From: Octopus bimaculoides
Taxonomy: Eukaryota
DNA length: 64,000 nucleotides
NCBI RefSeq assembly: GCF_001194135.2
Contig: NC_068981.1
Span: 159,859,939-159,923,938 of the forward strand
Direction of reading: 5' to 3'
Positions 29,172-42,400 of the stretch are shown in pieces. Below the pieces are notes generated by a model, which was not told the DNA's origin, did no database searches, and saw only the letters and a program-made list of their open reading frames with translations. Position numbers and translations under genes: made by a program. Within the stretch, counting starts at the first letter, position 1; the number at the start of each line of letters is the position of its first letter.

Positions 29172-32100
29172 TCACTGCTTGGAATCAAACTCAAAATCTT
29201 GGGGTTAGTAGCCCGCGCTCTTAACCACTACGTCATATGCCCAAAACGTTGTGTTAGCAACAAACAAGATGAGGACAAATATCCGTCAATTGTAAATAAT
29301 GTAAATAATGTACATAATTCCTCATCTCTTAAATATAAAACTGAATTTATAGGATGTTTATAATAATTTATGAAAATGTCTGAAATTTCAGATCCACCCA
29401 ATTAATGCCATCATAAAAATAACTAATTAATGCAAACAGAGAATTAAAAATAGTTTAAACATTTATACTAAATCAAATAAGTTTTTGTGAAAAGAAATAT
29501 TTTCAAAAAAGAAATATATTTTCTCAAACTTTTTGGGAAAATATATATTTTCAAATAAGATAAGAAATTTGTTTTCAGCTCATTAGAAGATTTATTTCAA
29601 AGAAAAAGATTTACCTTACTGAGCCTTGCAATATTTCTGTAAAGGGACAATGGAAGAGTGAAAAGAAGAATGGATAAGGCTATGACAAATTGACGATTTC
29701 CAAGGACCATGTATGTGACACCTTCTGTATAAGGAAATATTGAAACAATTTGTTAGAAACATTGATTTGAAGATATATGTGTAAGATAAAGGAAAAACAA
29801 ATAGACTTAATGGGAATGAGCTCAAGGTTAGTGTCATAAGCATATAAACCAATATAACAGGTGATAAAAGTAGAAAAATATATAAAAATGTGTTACATGG
29901 AAAGAAATGAAAAGAAGAAAGAGTGGAAGATGAAGAGGTGAAAAAGAGCAAGAAAGAGAGGTGAGATAATAATACAAGATAAATATTTTCAGTTAGTAAA
30001 TCAAAACGATTTTTAAAATTAGACTGTGTGTGAAGAAGATCTATGGTTAAAGGCATCCCAGCTACAACCCTCTAATCTTGTTTATTAGTATTGCGTATCT
30101 AGGACTACTCTATGCAATGGATCCTTCCTTTCTGTAAGATAGTAGAGATGTGACTTAAAAGGAAATATGATTCTTAATTTCTTTTTGTTTCTGATGCAAT
30201 ATATCAAGAACTACAATATTTAGTGTATACTTCATTTTTAAGAATCAAGGGTGTAGTCTAAGAGGAATTTGACAACTATTTCTTGCAAGTCATGAGACTT
30301 TGCAGAGACTTTTTCTTTATTTTGGTGGATTAGTTTTGACTACCATCATACTTAGATTGATAGGCCTATGTGAAAGGTAATAGTGTTACTGCATGATACT
30401 ATATCATTTCTTATTCCATTTCACTCTGTCAGCTCGTGCCTATATAAGAAATCAATATTCTCTTAAGTATTCTTTTTATTTATATCAATCTTTGAATTGA
30501 AATGTGACTCAAATATGCCTGACAATGAGAATAGTAAAGGCAATACAGTCAAATTTAAATAGTGTTTAACATTTGAAGTCTAGAAAAACATACATATAAA
30601 CATATACAGATTGATAAAACAAAACAATAAAAGAAAGTCCAAGATTATATTTTTCATTGGTAAAAATAGAGAAAATTAGTTGTAATGAGATGTGGATGAA
30701 ATATAAATACTACCTAGAAAAGGGTTTTAGTTGTTGCTATATAGGTACTTGGTTTCTAAAATAAATCAATGTTGCTTAGTACTTTGCTGTTTCTATTTAA
30801 AATTGTTTTATTAAGAAATATATTCCTGCAATGTCATTACCTCATTATTTTATATGCATTTATTTCTTTTTCCAGAAATAAAAATGAAGCTGACATAAAG
30901 AATATTCTACATTTCAACAACTAAGCAATTTCAAATATATCACTGTTGAAAACTTCCAGTATTACTGTTTTAATTAAGTGGTAAGAATATTGGATCAAAT
31001 GCCTATCGATTGGGAATAATACTATAAAGGGTACACATTTTGAAGAATCGTGAATTTTTCACTGTTCTTTAAAATAATTATTTTCTGAGTTACAAAAAGT
31101 TTTAGGGTGCTAAACTTTATATGACGTGTAAGCCACATAATGCTATGCCATTGTTGAGATGTGAACTCACAAACAAGACCTCAATGATTTGTTTATTCAG
31201 TCATTATATCTTACATGTTTCAAAAAAGAAGGAGAGAAAATATGTTGCCAGAAAATAGTTGGAAGCTGCTGAGAAAGCAAGCCATTACATCTAGCTCAAG
31301 AGAGAGGATGAGGGATGCAATAGGAACAAGCAATAAGGATAGTAGAAACATTTGGCCCAGAGTTGCTACACCCAACTCAATAAAGCTTGTACTGTTATGT
31401 AGAAGTTTTGTTGCCTATACTGGTGGGTGGCCACAGGCAGCTCAACTATCACTTGCAGAGTTGCTTTGCCACCTAATTAGATATTGACTCCTGCATTTAA
31501 AGACTAAGTAGACCACATAGTTGTTTACCCTAATATTTTGTTTGAGGAATATATTTTCCTTTGCTTATACATATTGATTTTGAATTTTGGCACAAAGCCA
31601 GCAATTTTGAGGGATGGTGTAAGTCGATTACATTGACCTCAGTGTCCAACTGGTACTTATTTTATCGACCCTGAAAGGATAAAAGGTAAAGATGGCCTTA
31701 GCAGAATTTAAACTCAGAATGTAATGCTAATGATTCTGCCAGTTTGCTGTCTTGCCTTGCTTATACATATTAATCATCAGATTGGTATGGGTTTGTTATT
31801 TTCTGATTGAAGAAACTTACCTGCACCAGTGAGTTCAGCAATTACTTTTGATATACCATCTGCTACAATAACATTGTAGCTTACCATTGCTGTTAAAATA
31901 TTAAATTTAAAAAACACAAAATTTTAATAATTGTTAAGTAGAGTAGGGAATGAAGTCTTATAAAACTTAAAAACAACCAATCAAACTAATTACCTACTGC
32001 ATTCATTTTCTCAGTCTCTGCAACCTAATAAGGCATCTGGTCCTGATTTTTACTATTTAATTTTAATGAATGTATGGCTTGATATCAAATATTTCTTTCC

Positions 32101-33265
32101 TCGTTGTAAACAAGTTTCAGTATATGCAAATATATTGATAAATGCAATCATTACATTTCTTATTCATCACAACAACATTTAATTTTATGTTAATGAAACT
32201 ATGAAGAAATGTATAATTAGTGGCTGAAATTGTTTTTGTTCTTTCTAATTTTCTTTAATTTAAAAAAAATGCAGCTGCAAAATTGGAAAGTTCTGAACCA
32301 AATTAAAATATTTAATACTATTTCTAATAGCCAAAATAAATTGTTAATTATATACAAGTTAATTTCTTGTGGAGTAATTTTCATTAGGATTGCTTTTAAT
32401 CATTAAAGAAATCTGTTCTCAATGATTCTTCCATCACAGTTATTTTATAGATAAACATCATTTTTATGTTAATCATCTTGTAATGAACAAGCAGTAGATA
32501 TTGCATAGTGGCTTTTATGTTGTTAAGTCCAGGTCAGGCCTGATTAAAGAGACTTACAATCAATGAAATTCTGGCCATGACTATCTTGTCCTTTGTGTAT
32601 TATCTATGACTGTAGTACCTTTGTCATTTACTTTTTAAAACTGTAGTGTACATTTGATGACAATTTGACCATTATATCTTGCAAGGTGAACAACTGTATA
32701 GAAGCCCTCCTATTAGCTCTTGATGACTTGTTGGTGCTTTTTATCTTTTGTAATGGAATAAGAAGGTAAATTTACAGAATAGATAGAGCAATGAGTTTAA
32801 AATATTTTATAATATTTCGTTACAATATTGTTAAATTTAAATCATGTTGATTTCAATTTTGCTTTCCATTCCTCTGAAGTGGATGAAATAAGTACCCATT
32901 TTATACTGGGAGTTGATTCACTCAGTCACACTCCAGCCCTACAAGTTTGTGAACCAAAGTTCTAAATCATTACATGAATGCTAGTACCTTTGTCATTTAT
33001 GTGATAGCAGTTGGTTTTCTGATCAGACCAAGGAAAATATGTTTCTATGGGTTTTCATATTGTTGATACTATCAGTCAGTCACTATCCCTGGCAGAGAAA
33101 TCATTGTTTCTCAGGCATGGTTTGTGGTAAGATGTTTGCTTCCTAATCCCACAGTTCTGGGTTCAGTCCCACTGCATAGCACCTTAGGCAAGTGTTTTCT
33201 ACTATAGCCTTGGGCTTACCGAAGCTTTGAAAGTGGATTTGATAGATGGAGGGTGAAAGAAGCCT

Positions 33266-33306
<41 letters not shown>

Positions 33307-34147
33307 ATACACACTGGCAGTGCTACAGCATGGCCACAGCCTTAGGGCTGAAATGTAAAAAAGAATGTGTGTGTGTGTGTGTGTGTGTGTGAGTGTGTAG
33401 AAGACACATGTCCAAGGTGCCTTGCAATGGGACTGAACTCAAAACCATGTGGTTGCAAGGAAGCTAAGCATCTTAACCACATAGCCATGACTGCACTTTA
33501 TTCCATATTTTCATTGACCACCAAAACGGTGAAAAGTAAAGTTGACCATGGCAGTATTTGAATTTGGAGTGCAAAATTTTGAGAGAGATTTAGCTCTATT
33601 TCTAGCAGTTTCAGAGACCACTCAGCAGCTCCTTTTCATGACTCAGAAATATAAATAAAAATGTTGTAGTTGATGTAATACTAACATTAGCTATCTGTTT
33701 CAAAAGGCAGTCTAGTCATGACCATACTATCTTTTTATGGCAACAGTGTTTTAGGCAATACAAAATGATGTGATTTGAGAGATTTAATTTCTGTTTCTAG
33801 CAGATTAAATGACCATGTAGAAGTTCACTAGTTAGAAAAGACCCATATGTTGTTATATGAGCTGATGTGATGCTAACATTTGCTGTTTCACACTTAGTAA
33901 TTATTTTGACCTTTCTTCAATGTGGAGTTTAATTTGTAGAGAAGACTTTTATTCTTGCTTCAACAATCAGAACAAGACTAGGAAACAGGAAAACATTTGA
34001 TAAAATAACACACAAAAAAAAAAAAGAAAAACAATAATGGCCATGACATTTTTTAAAATCAAAATTATGCTTTAATTCTGACTATTGTACCTGTACACAC
34101 ACACATGCACAATATATGTATATCCCACTTCATACATATTCACTCAC

Positions 34148-34178
<31 letters not shown>

Positions 34179-37100
34179 TGTATATATATATACATACATA
34201 TATATATATATAGTTTTAGGGAAAAGAACCAAGGTTCATGAACTCATCAATGAAAATCCACTGTAAAGCTCAATTTAATTTTAATTTTTTATAAATTGAT
34301 TTTAATTGAGTTTTTACCTGTAATTTTCGATTTTGTCCCTAATATTATTNNNNNNNNNNNNNNNNNNNNNNNNNNNNNNNNNNNNNNNNNNNNNNNNNNN
34401 NNNNNNNNNNNNNNNNNNNNNNNNNNNNNNNNNNNNNNNNNNNNNNNNNNNNNNNNNNNNNNNNNNNNNNNNNNNNNNNNNNNNNNNNNNNNNNNNNNNN
34501 NNNNNNNCAGTGGTTGGACAAAATAATGGAAACATCTAGCATCATAGCATCATAATTTTTAAATATCTATAAAACCTCAAAATCTTGTTTATTTTTATGT
34601 TTTTTGATTTATTATTAGTATTGCTTAATATGTTTTCCTAAAATTGCTGTTTTTTTTTTTTCAGATATCGTAAGAGAAAGTAATTAAAATTTATTAAAAT
34701 GACAGATCTATCACACTTTCAAAGAGATCAAATTGTCAGTGCTTGTGTAGCAGGTGCTAGCGTAATGAAAACAGCAGAAATGTTTGGTGTATCAAGAACT
34801 AGTCTTGAAAGTAATGACAGCCTTTGAAAAAGAGGGAAAAACCTTGTCGAAACAAATCTCCGGAAGAAAACCAAAACTTTCAGATAGGGACTGTTGGACT
34901 GTGATGCGAATTGTTAGAAAGGATCACAAAAATACAGCTCCCAAAATTACTGCAGAGCTTAATGACCACCTTGAGAACCCAATTTCCACAAAAACTGTTC
35001 GCTGGGAGCTGCACAAAGCCAGATTTCGAGGGAGGGCTGCAATCAGAAAACCACTACTTTCAAAGATAAATGTTGTAAAGCATTTAGAGTGGAGTAAAAA
35101 CCTACAGAATTGGTCCCTAGAGCAGTTGAAGAATGTTATTTTCTTGGATGAGTCATTCTTTACCTTATTTCTGACCACTGGCCGAATATACATGTGGAGA
35201 CAGCCAAAAAAAGCATTTGATCCAGACTGACTTCTTCCAACTGTTAAACATGGAGGAGAATCTGTGATGATCTGAGGGGCTATATCTCGGAAATCCACCG
35301 ACCCAATGGTTTCCCTTCATAGCAAAATTAATAGTCAAGGCTATTTAAGCATTTTATCTGGTAAAACTCATCCTATGGTTGCAGAACTGTTTCTGGGGGA
35401 AAAGCAATCTTTCAGGATGATAATGCACCAATTCACACAGCTAAAGTTGTTACTGAATGGCACAAGGAACATTCTAGTGAAGTTGAACATCTGGCCACCA
35501 CAGTCCCCAGATCTCAATATTATTGAACATTTATGGTGCATTTTAGAAAAACAAGTGAGGAGTCGATATCCTCCACTATCATTATGACAAGAAATAGAGA
35601 CTGTTTTAGCTGAGGAATGGACAAAAATTCCTTTGGAAACAATTCAAACTTTGTACGAGTCCATACTTCATAGAATTCAAGCAGTAATTACTGCCAAAGG
35701 TGGTCCTGTTCCATATTAAAATAAATTTGTTTGAAATTTTAAGGTGTTTCCATTATTTTGTCCAGCCCCTGTATATCGCTTTTACTTTCTAAAAAACAAA
35801 ATTATCCTTTTTATCTTTTATTAAAATTGAAAAATCATTTTATTGAATATTTTAAATTTAGAAATACATTACATAAAAGTTTTATTTCAATTATCCAGAA
35901 AATCAAAAGCAATACTTCGGTCTGAAAATTGTTAATGATATTTCGGAAGAAATATTTTTAGTGTTTGAGTCATTTTCAACGTTTATCTAGTAAATTAATT
36001 AATTGATTTATCAAATAATATATTAATGCATTCATGCATTCATTATACTTTTTTATTCTTTTCTAAATAAAACATCTATTTTTTTCACATTGGCTCCAAG
36101 CCATAAATTTAAGATTAGATCAACTTATTATATATTTTATGAAAAGCAAAGATGACCTTGGCAAAATTTGAACATATTCTTTCATAATTAATAATAATAG
36201 AATAATTCTAGTAACTCTGCAATAATTATTATATATCAACAATGAGCAATATTGATTTAAACTATTGGTTTCTTTTGACTTCCTTGTAGTTCAGCATTAC
36301 ATTGTACATTTGTAAACCATTGGATAGTTCTAGTAATATTTTGGTTTTTATTTTGGGAAAAGGTTGCAAGCCCTTTGCTAAATCCTTTGCCCTTAGTGGA
36401 GAAAGAGACACTGCGAGAGTTCCCCAATGATTCCTCACAGCAGAGCAGAGACAATTCAGAGAGAGGTGGGGAGTGATTTATTAATTAAATTTATTTATCA
36501 AAGGAGGAAAGATAAAAGAGTTGACCTTATTAGGATTTGAACTCAGAAGGTAAAGATAAAAAAAAAATTAAACGGCATAGTTCTTAAACAACTCTGCCAA
36601 TTTGTCATCCATTTCTTTTGACTTAACAAGAGGAAATGTTGTGTTGTGATGTTCATGTGTATTTCAGTTGTGAAGTAAAGTGACTTCTCTTAGAATCAAC
36701 TGTGGTCACTTAGAATCAACAACGACCACTTGTCTTGACATCACAGGATTGTTGTAAATGAATGCCCTTTGTTTCCAAGTTTCCATGAAAACATGGCCAG
36801 CCACAACAAACTATTATTTTACGTGGAAACAGCTGAGGGATGGTGACAGGTAGGCGTTTGGCCATAGAAAATCTACCTCAACAAATTCCATCCCACCCAT
36901 GTGAGAATAGAAAAGTGAATGTCAAAAAAAAATAACAAACAAATGATATTGATTTGTTACATAAGCATGAGGACAATATTTGTGAGAGCAAAATGTCCCC
37001 AATTGAATCCAACCCAGTAAATTACTGGTACACAGTGCCATCTTCAGACTTATGGGTCTAGAGGCTCAGTACTAATCTTTCTATGTTGTAGTTTGTTGTC

Positions 37101-39208
37101 AATACATACATACTAAAGGGGACCAGTGCATTGATTTGCCTAGGGCCTACAATGCTACTAAGATGGCCCTGCTGGTACATATTATATAAACCCTGGACAG
37201 ATGAAAGGCAAGATCAGTATTGAATGGATTTGAAGTAAGAATATCATACATAGATAATAAAACTTAATACTGTAAGGCATTTCGTCAAGCAAACTATTGA
37301 TGAAAGCTGTGAGGTAAAAATGTTTGTAATATGTAATTCCAGTTTGTTCCTACTGCATGACATCTTACTCAATTGTCTTCTATTATAGCCATGGGTTAAT
37401 CAAAGACTTAATCTATTGCCTGGCTCTTGGATCGTAAAATTAATCTGTTGTCTAGTTTAATATAACCGTGGGGCTACGGGCCATTTTTAGGGGCACATTT
37501 GAACCTGGCTCCTGGTCTATGTATAACCCACGAGTTGCAGTTCTTCTTTTCATTCTTTCTCAACAGTCTTGGAGGTCTGTGAAAATGTCATGGCTACCAG
37601 TGACTAAACCTTTAAAAGAAACTAACTTGTAAAATTTACTGTTTCTGCCAGCTGAACGCTTTCATATTCAAATAATAATTTTATCCTGAAGTGCTTACAA
37701 GCTTCTAACCATACTTCTTCCCCAATATAAAAAAGTGTTACTCACAAATAAATGGAAAAAGAAACTGCAGCAATGTTAGAATGTAGAATCCAGGACGTCC
37801 AAAGGAAGCTTGCACAACATCCTTCAAGACAGATGAAACAAATAAATAAATAAATAAACGAATAAATAAATAAGAAAGGGAATATGTCAATCAAAATACT
37901 GTATAATTATATTAACAAACAATGAGTAATTAAATCTAATTACTTCTGAACTTTTGCATACTAAGATCATGTTTACTGCTTTAATATCAAAATATGCAGA
38001 TTAATTCTGTTAATGAGATCATGACATTTCCAAATTCAGCAAGGGAACTCAATCAATTAGTTGGCATAGTTACCCTTTTTCTTTTTAATTATATAGCGTT
38101 GCTATTATGTTAAACTGTCATATGTTCAAATTTAGCCAAATGCGGTTTTTTTCAATATTTATTTTTGCATGCAATAGCCGATTCTTTTGGTCAAACTATC
38201 GCGTCTCTAGCTGCTTCAGATGTCAAGATAGCAAAAATGGTTTTGCTATGGAATGATGAAACTATTTTTTTCATTTTCGGAAAATGCAAAATTTTAGACT
38301 TACGACACTTGCATAATAGCAACAATATTTAGTTTTTGCAGTCTACTTTGAAATCCTGTCCAGTCATTGAGCTGTTCATGTTTGAAGGACATGGGTAAAT
38401 CTCATTTTGTTTGGGAAACAAGTAAGAGTTAGCAACAAGAAGAGCTTTCAGTAATAGAAAATTTGCCTCAATGAATTTCGTCTGACCCTTCCAAGCATGG
38501 AAAGCAGTTATTAAAATGAGTCCCCTGAGCAACCTTCAATATTTTCTATCCAAAAGGGATTTTTACCCAATATTTACATGCTGTTATTTATAGCTTTATG
38601 TTTTGAGATCTACTGTTTCAAAAATGAATTATTTCACTTTCTCTTGAAAGTCTATAGATTCTTATGATATCAACAGCAAACAATTCTCACTGGTAAAAAT
38701 AAAGTTTCTAAAATGGATTGAATTTGAGGGATTGCTCCAATGGTTGAACATCTGTCATGCTTAAAGATGTTGGTTTAAATCTCATGGGTAGCCTTCAACT
38801 TTTTCTATACAAAAAATGGTTTTTTCAACCCAATATTTACAAGTTATTTTGGAGTCTTTATGATCACACATCTATTGGCTCAGTGATTAGGGCATTGGGC
38901 TAACAATCATGAGGTAGTGAGTTCAATTCCCAGACTGGGTTGTGTGTTATGTTCTTGAGCAAGGCACTTTATTTCATGTTCTTCCAGTTCACTCAGCAGT
39001 AGAAATGAGTTGTGACATCACTGGTGCCAAGCTGTATCAGCCTTTGCCTTTTCCTTGGTGTGGAAAAGGGAGGCTGGTGTGGAGAGGGAGGCTGGTATGC
39101 ATGGGTGACTGCTGGTCTTCCATAAACAACCTTGCCCAGACTTGTGTCTCGGAGGGTAACTTTCTAGGTGCAATCCCATGGTCAATCATAACTGAAGGGG
39201 GTCTTTAG

Positions 39209-39247
<39 letters not shown>

Positions 39248-39248
39248 G

Positions 39249-39296
<48 letters not shown>

Positions 39297-40019
39297 AGTT
39301 CAGTATTATAGGGACAGTGTGTCTGTGTGATTAACTTTGCTTTGAAACTACATGGCTTCAGATTTGATCCTACAGTACAGTACCCTATACATGAAACTTC
39401 TGTCATTGCCTGAAATCACCCAAAGAACTTGGTAGACCTAAACGATGTAGTAGTTCACTAGAGGGACCGTTACTGCTCTTCAGGAGTAAACTTAATCAGT
39501 TACAAAGTTCAATGACACTATCAGGCTCTTCAGTGGAGCCTACTACTGCTAATCTGCTGCAAGAATTCTGGTTGTCTACCCCTGACTGAGGATGAATTAC
39601 TCCCTTCTTCTTATCAGTCTTGAAGGCCTTGAAAGATATGATGGACACTGCCCTTTCTCATCTGACAAAGTTATGTAAAAATTAAATTAATAAATATAAA
39701 ATTCTAGTTTCTATTTAATAAATAACTGAATTTTGTAAGTATAAAGCTTTAAATACTCAGTACTAATTATGTGAAATATCGTTGCATAATAATTAGAACT
39801 ATTTTAATGTATAAAATTGATTATATAAAAAAGCATACTTGATATGTGGAACCTCCAGACAGTTTTCCACCATCAATTAAAAGCAAAATGGCATAATCTG
39901 AAAGAGAAAGACAATATATAGTTACATATAGATATATAGCTATATAGATAGATAGAGAGGGAGCTACATACATATATACATGCATGCATGCATACATACA
40001 TACATACATACATACATAC

Positions 40020-40050
<31 letters not shown>

Positions 40051-40844
40051 CATACAAACATACATACAAAGAAATATACATATATACTTCTGCACATGCA
40101 TGTGCACACACACAAATCAACACATACAAACACTTATAATTATCATTCATAAATATATACACATATATATGTATATTTATATATATATGTATAGATGTAT
40201 GCATGTGTATTTACATATATATATATATATATATATGGCTGTGTGGTAAGTAGCTTGCTTACCAACCACATGGTCCNNNNNNNNNNNNNNNNNNNNNNNN
40301 NNNNNNNNNNNNNNNNNNNNNNNNNNNNNNNNNNNNNNNNNNNNNNNNNNNNNNNNNNNNNNNNNNNNNNNNNNNNNNNNNNNNNNNNNNNNNNNNNNNN
40401 NNNNNNNNNNNNNNNAGAAGCCTGTCGTATATATGTATATATATATGTATGTGTGTATGTGTTTGTATGTCTGTGTTTGTCCCCCCAACATCACTTGACA
40501 ACCGATGCTGGTGTGTTTATGTCCCTGTAACTTAGCGGTTCGGCAAAAGAGACCAAAAGAATAAGTACTAGGCTTCCAAAGAATAAGTCCTGGGGTCGAT
40601 TTGCTCGACTAAAGGCGGTGCTCCAGCATGGCCACAGTCAAAAGACTGAAACAAGTAAAAGAGTAAAAGAGTATATAAAGAATAAAATGTTTTGAGTGGT
40701 ACAACAATGTACTATAATACAAACATTGAGCTATATACCTGTTGTAATTTAACCATCCCTAGCCTGATAATATTTCAGAATAAAATTCCTTCCTCAGATA
40801 TCCCTAGGAATTGATGGAGTCGCTGCTATATACTCTCATGTATG

Positions 40845-40875
<31 letters not shown>

Positions 40876-41163
40876 TGGAAAAAAGTTGTCAGAATTTTAG
40901 AAAAAATTTTTTAAATTTTATTATATCTTCATTTTCACATTAACATTTTCGTTCGTCTTTCAAACTTGTCAAATGCAATTCTGTGAATATACAGATATCT
41001 TGCTTATTTATATAACACATGTTTTGTGGGGATTTTGTTTATAAGAGAACATTGTTTTTGTTTTGCTTTTTTGTGGGGTGAGGCTTTGGGGACAATGGAA
41101 GATGGATAGACAGATAGATAGACAGATAGATAGACAGACAGATAGACAGACAGATAGACCGAT

Positions 41164-41221
<58 letters not shown>

Positions 41222-41980
41222 GAGATGTGGAACGTGTAACAATACCAACAACTTCAAGTACATAGAAAGTGGTTCCCACATAAAGTTCAAGAGCAGATCC
41301 ATTTTTAAAATAAATGCAGATATGAACTGTAAAACAAAAAAAATCTCATATACTGCATTACCTGCCTAAACTGTAAAGAAAATTACATTGGGGGAAAGAA
41401 TAACTCCCTCTGCCAATGTGCAAAAATTCACAGGCAACATATCCGACAAGAAGAACTACGAAAGATTCCATTGAGTAAACATCTAGAAATATGTGGAGAT
41501 GGAAAGTTCAAAATCTCTCCCTTTTACAAATGTACACGGGACGATCCGCAATACTGAAAGGCAATGGAACTACACTTCATAAAAAGATTCTCTCCGAGGT
41601 TAAATGTTTGAAAGAGAAAAAAGAAAAGCAAAGAGTACGTTTTGTATGTATGTATATGTATATATGTCTGGGTATGATATGATATATATATAGTTATTTT
41701 ATTTTACTTACTAATTGATTTTATTTACAAATATTATACTAATGTATTCTCATACAGAACTACACCTTACCAAAAATAAATAAATAAATGTATGACAGGA
41801 ATATATTCTAAATATAACTCAAAGAATATAAAAACAAAGGACTAAAACAGAAAGGAGAAGAAAACATTTTTTATTATTTATTTTTTAAATTTTGACAGTC
41901 CTTAAAAAGACCATTTCAATACAATGAAAAGTGGTGGATAGGAAAATGAATAGCCCTTCTCTCTCTCTTTTGTCCTATCC

Positions 41981-42040
<60 letters not shown>

Positions 42041-42335
42041 ATATGTCTGTCTATCTATCTGTCTATCCATCTTCCATTGTCTCCAAAGCCTCACCCCCCC
42101 AAAAAAAACCAAAAAAAAAACAATGTTCTCTTATAAACAAAATCCCCCAAAAACATCTGTTTTATATAAATAAGCAAGATATCTGTATATTCACAGAATT
42201 GTATTTGACAAGTTCAAAAGATGAACGAAAGCGTTAATATGAACATGAAGATATAATAAAATTTAAAAAGTTATTTCCAAAATTCTGATGACTTTTTTTC
42301 AATATTCAATTCTGTACATCTCACTCTCTCTCTTT

Positions 42336-42400
<65 letters not shown>

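Noticed and set aside
29170-29242. tRNA-like sequence, as a tRNA gene (also at ~38876)
   Set aside because: Only the A/B-box head is tRNA-like and it runs into SINE body sequence; no complete acceptor stem.
34296-34545. ORFs made mostly of X (also near 40.2, 42.9, 51.4 and 61.2 kb)
   Set aside because: Artefacts of N gaps.
42285-42291. CTGATGA at the end of the Penelope arm, as a hammerhead
   Set aside because: No stem II or GAAA follows, and the other arm reads CTGACAA.
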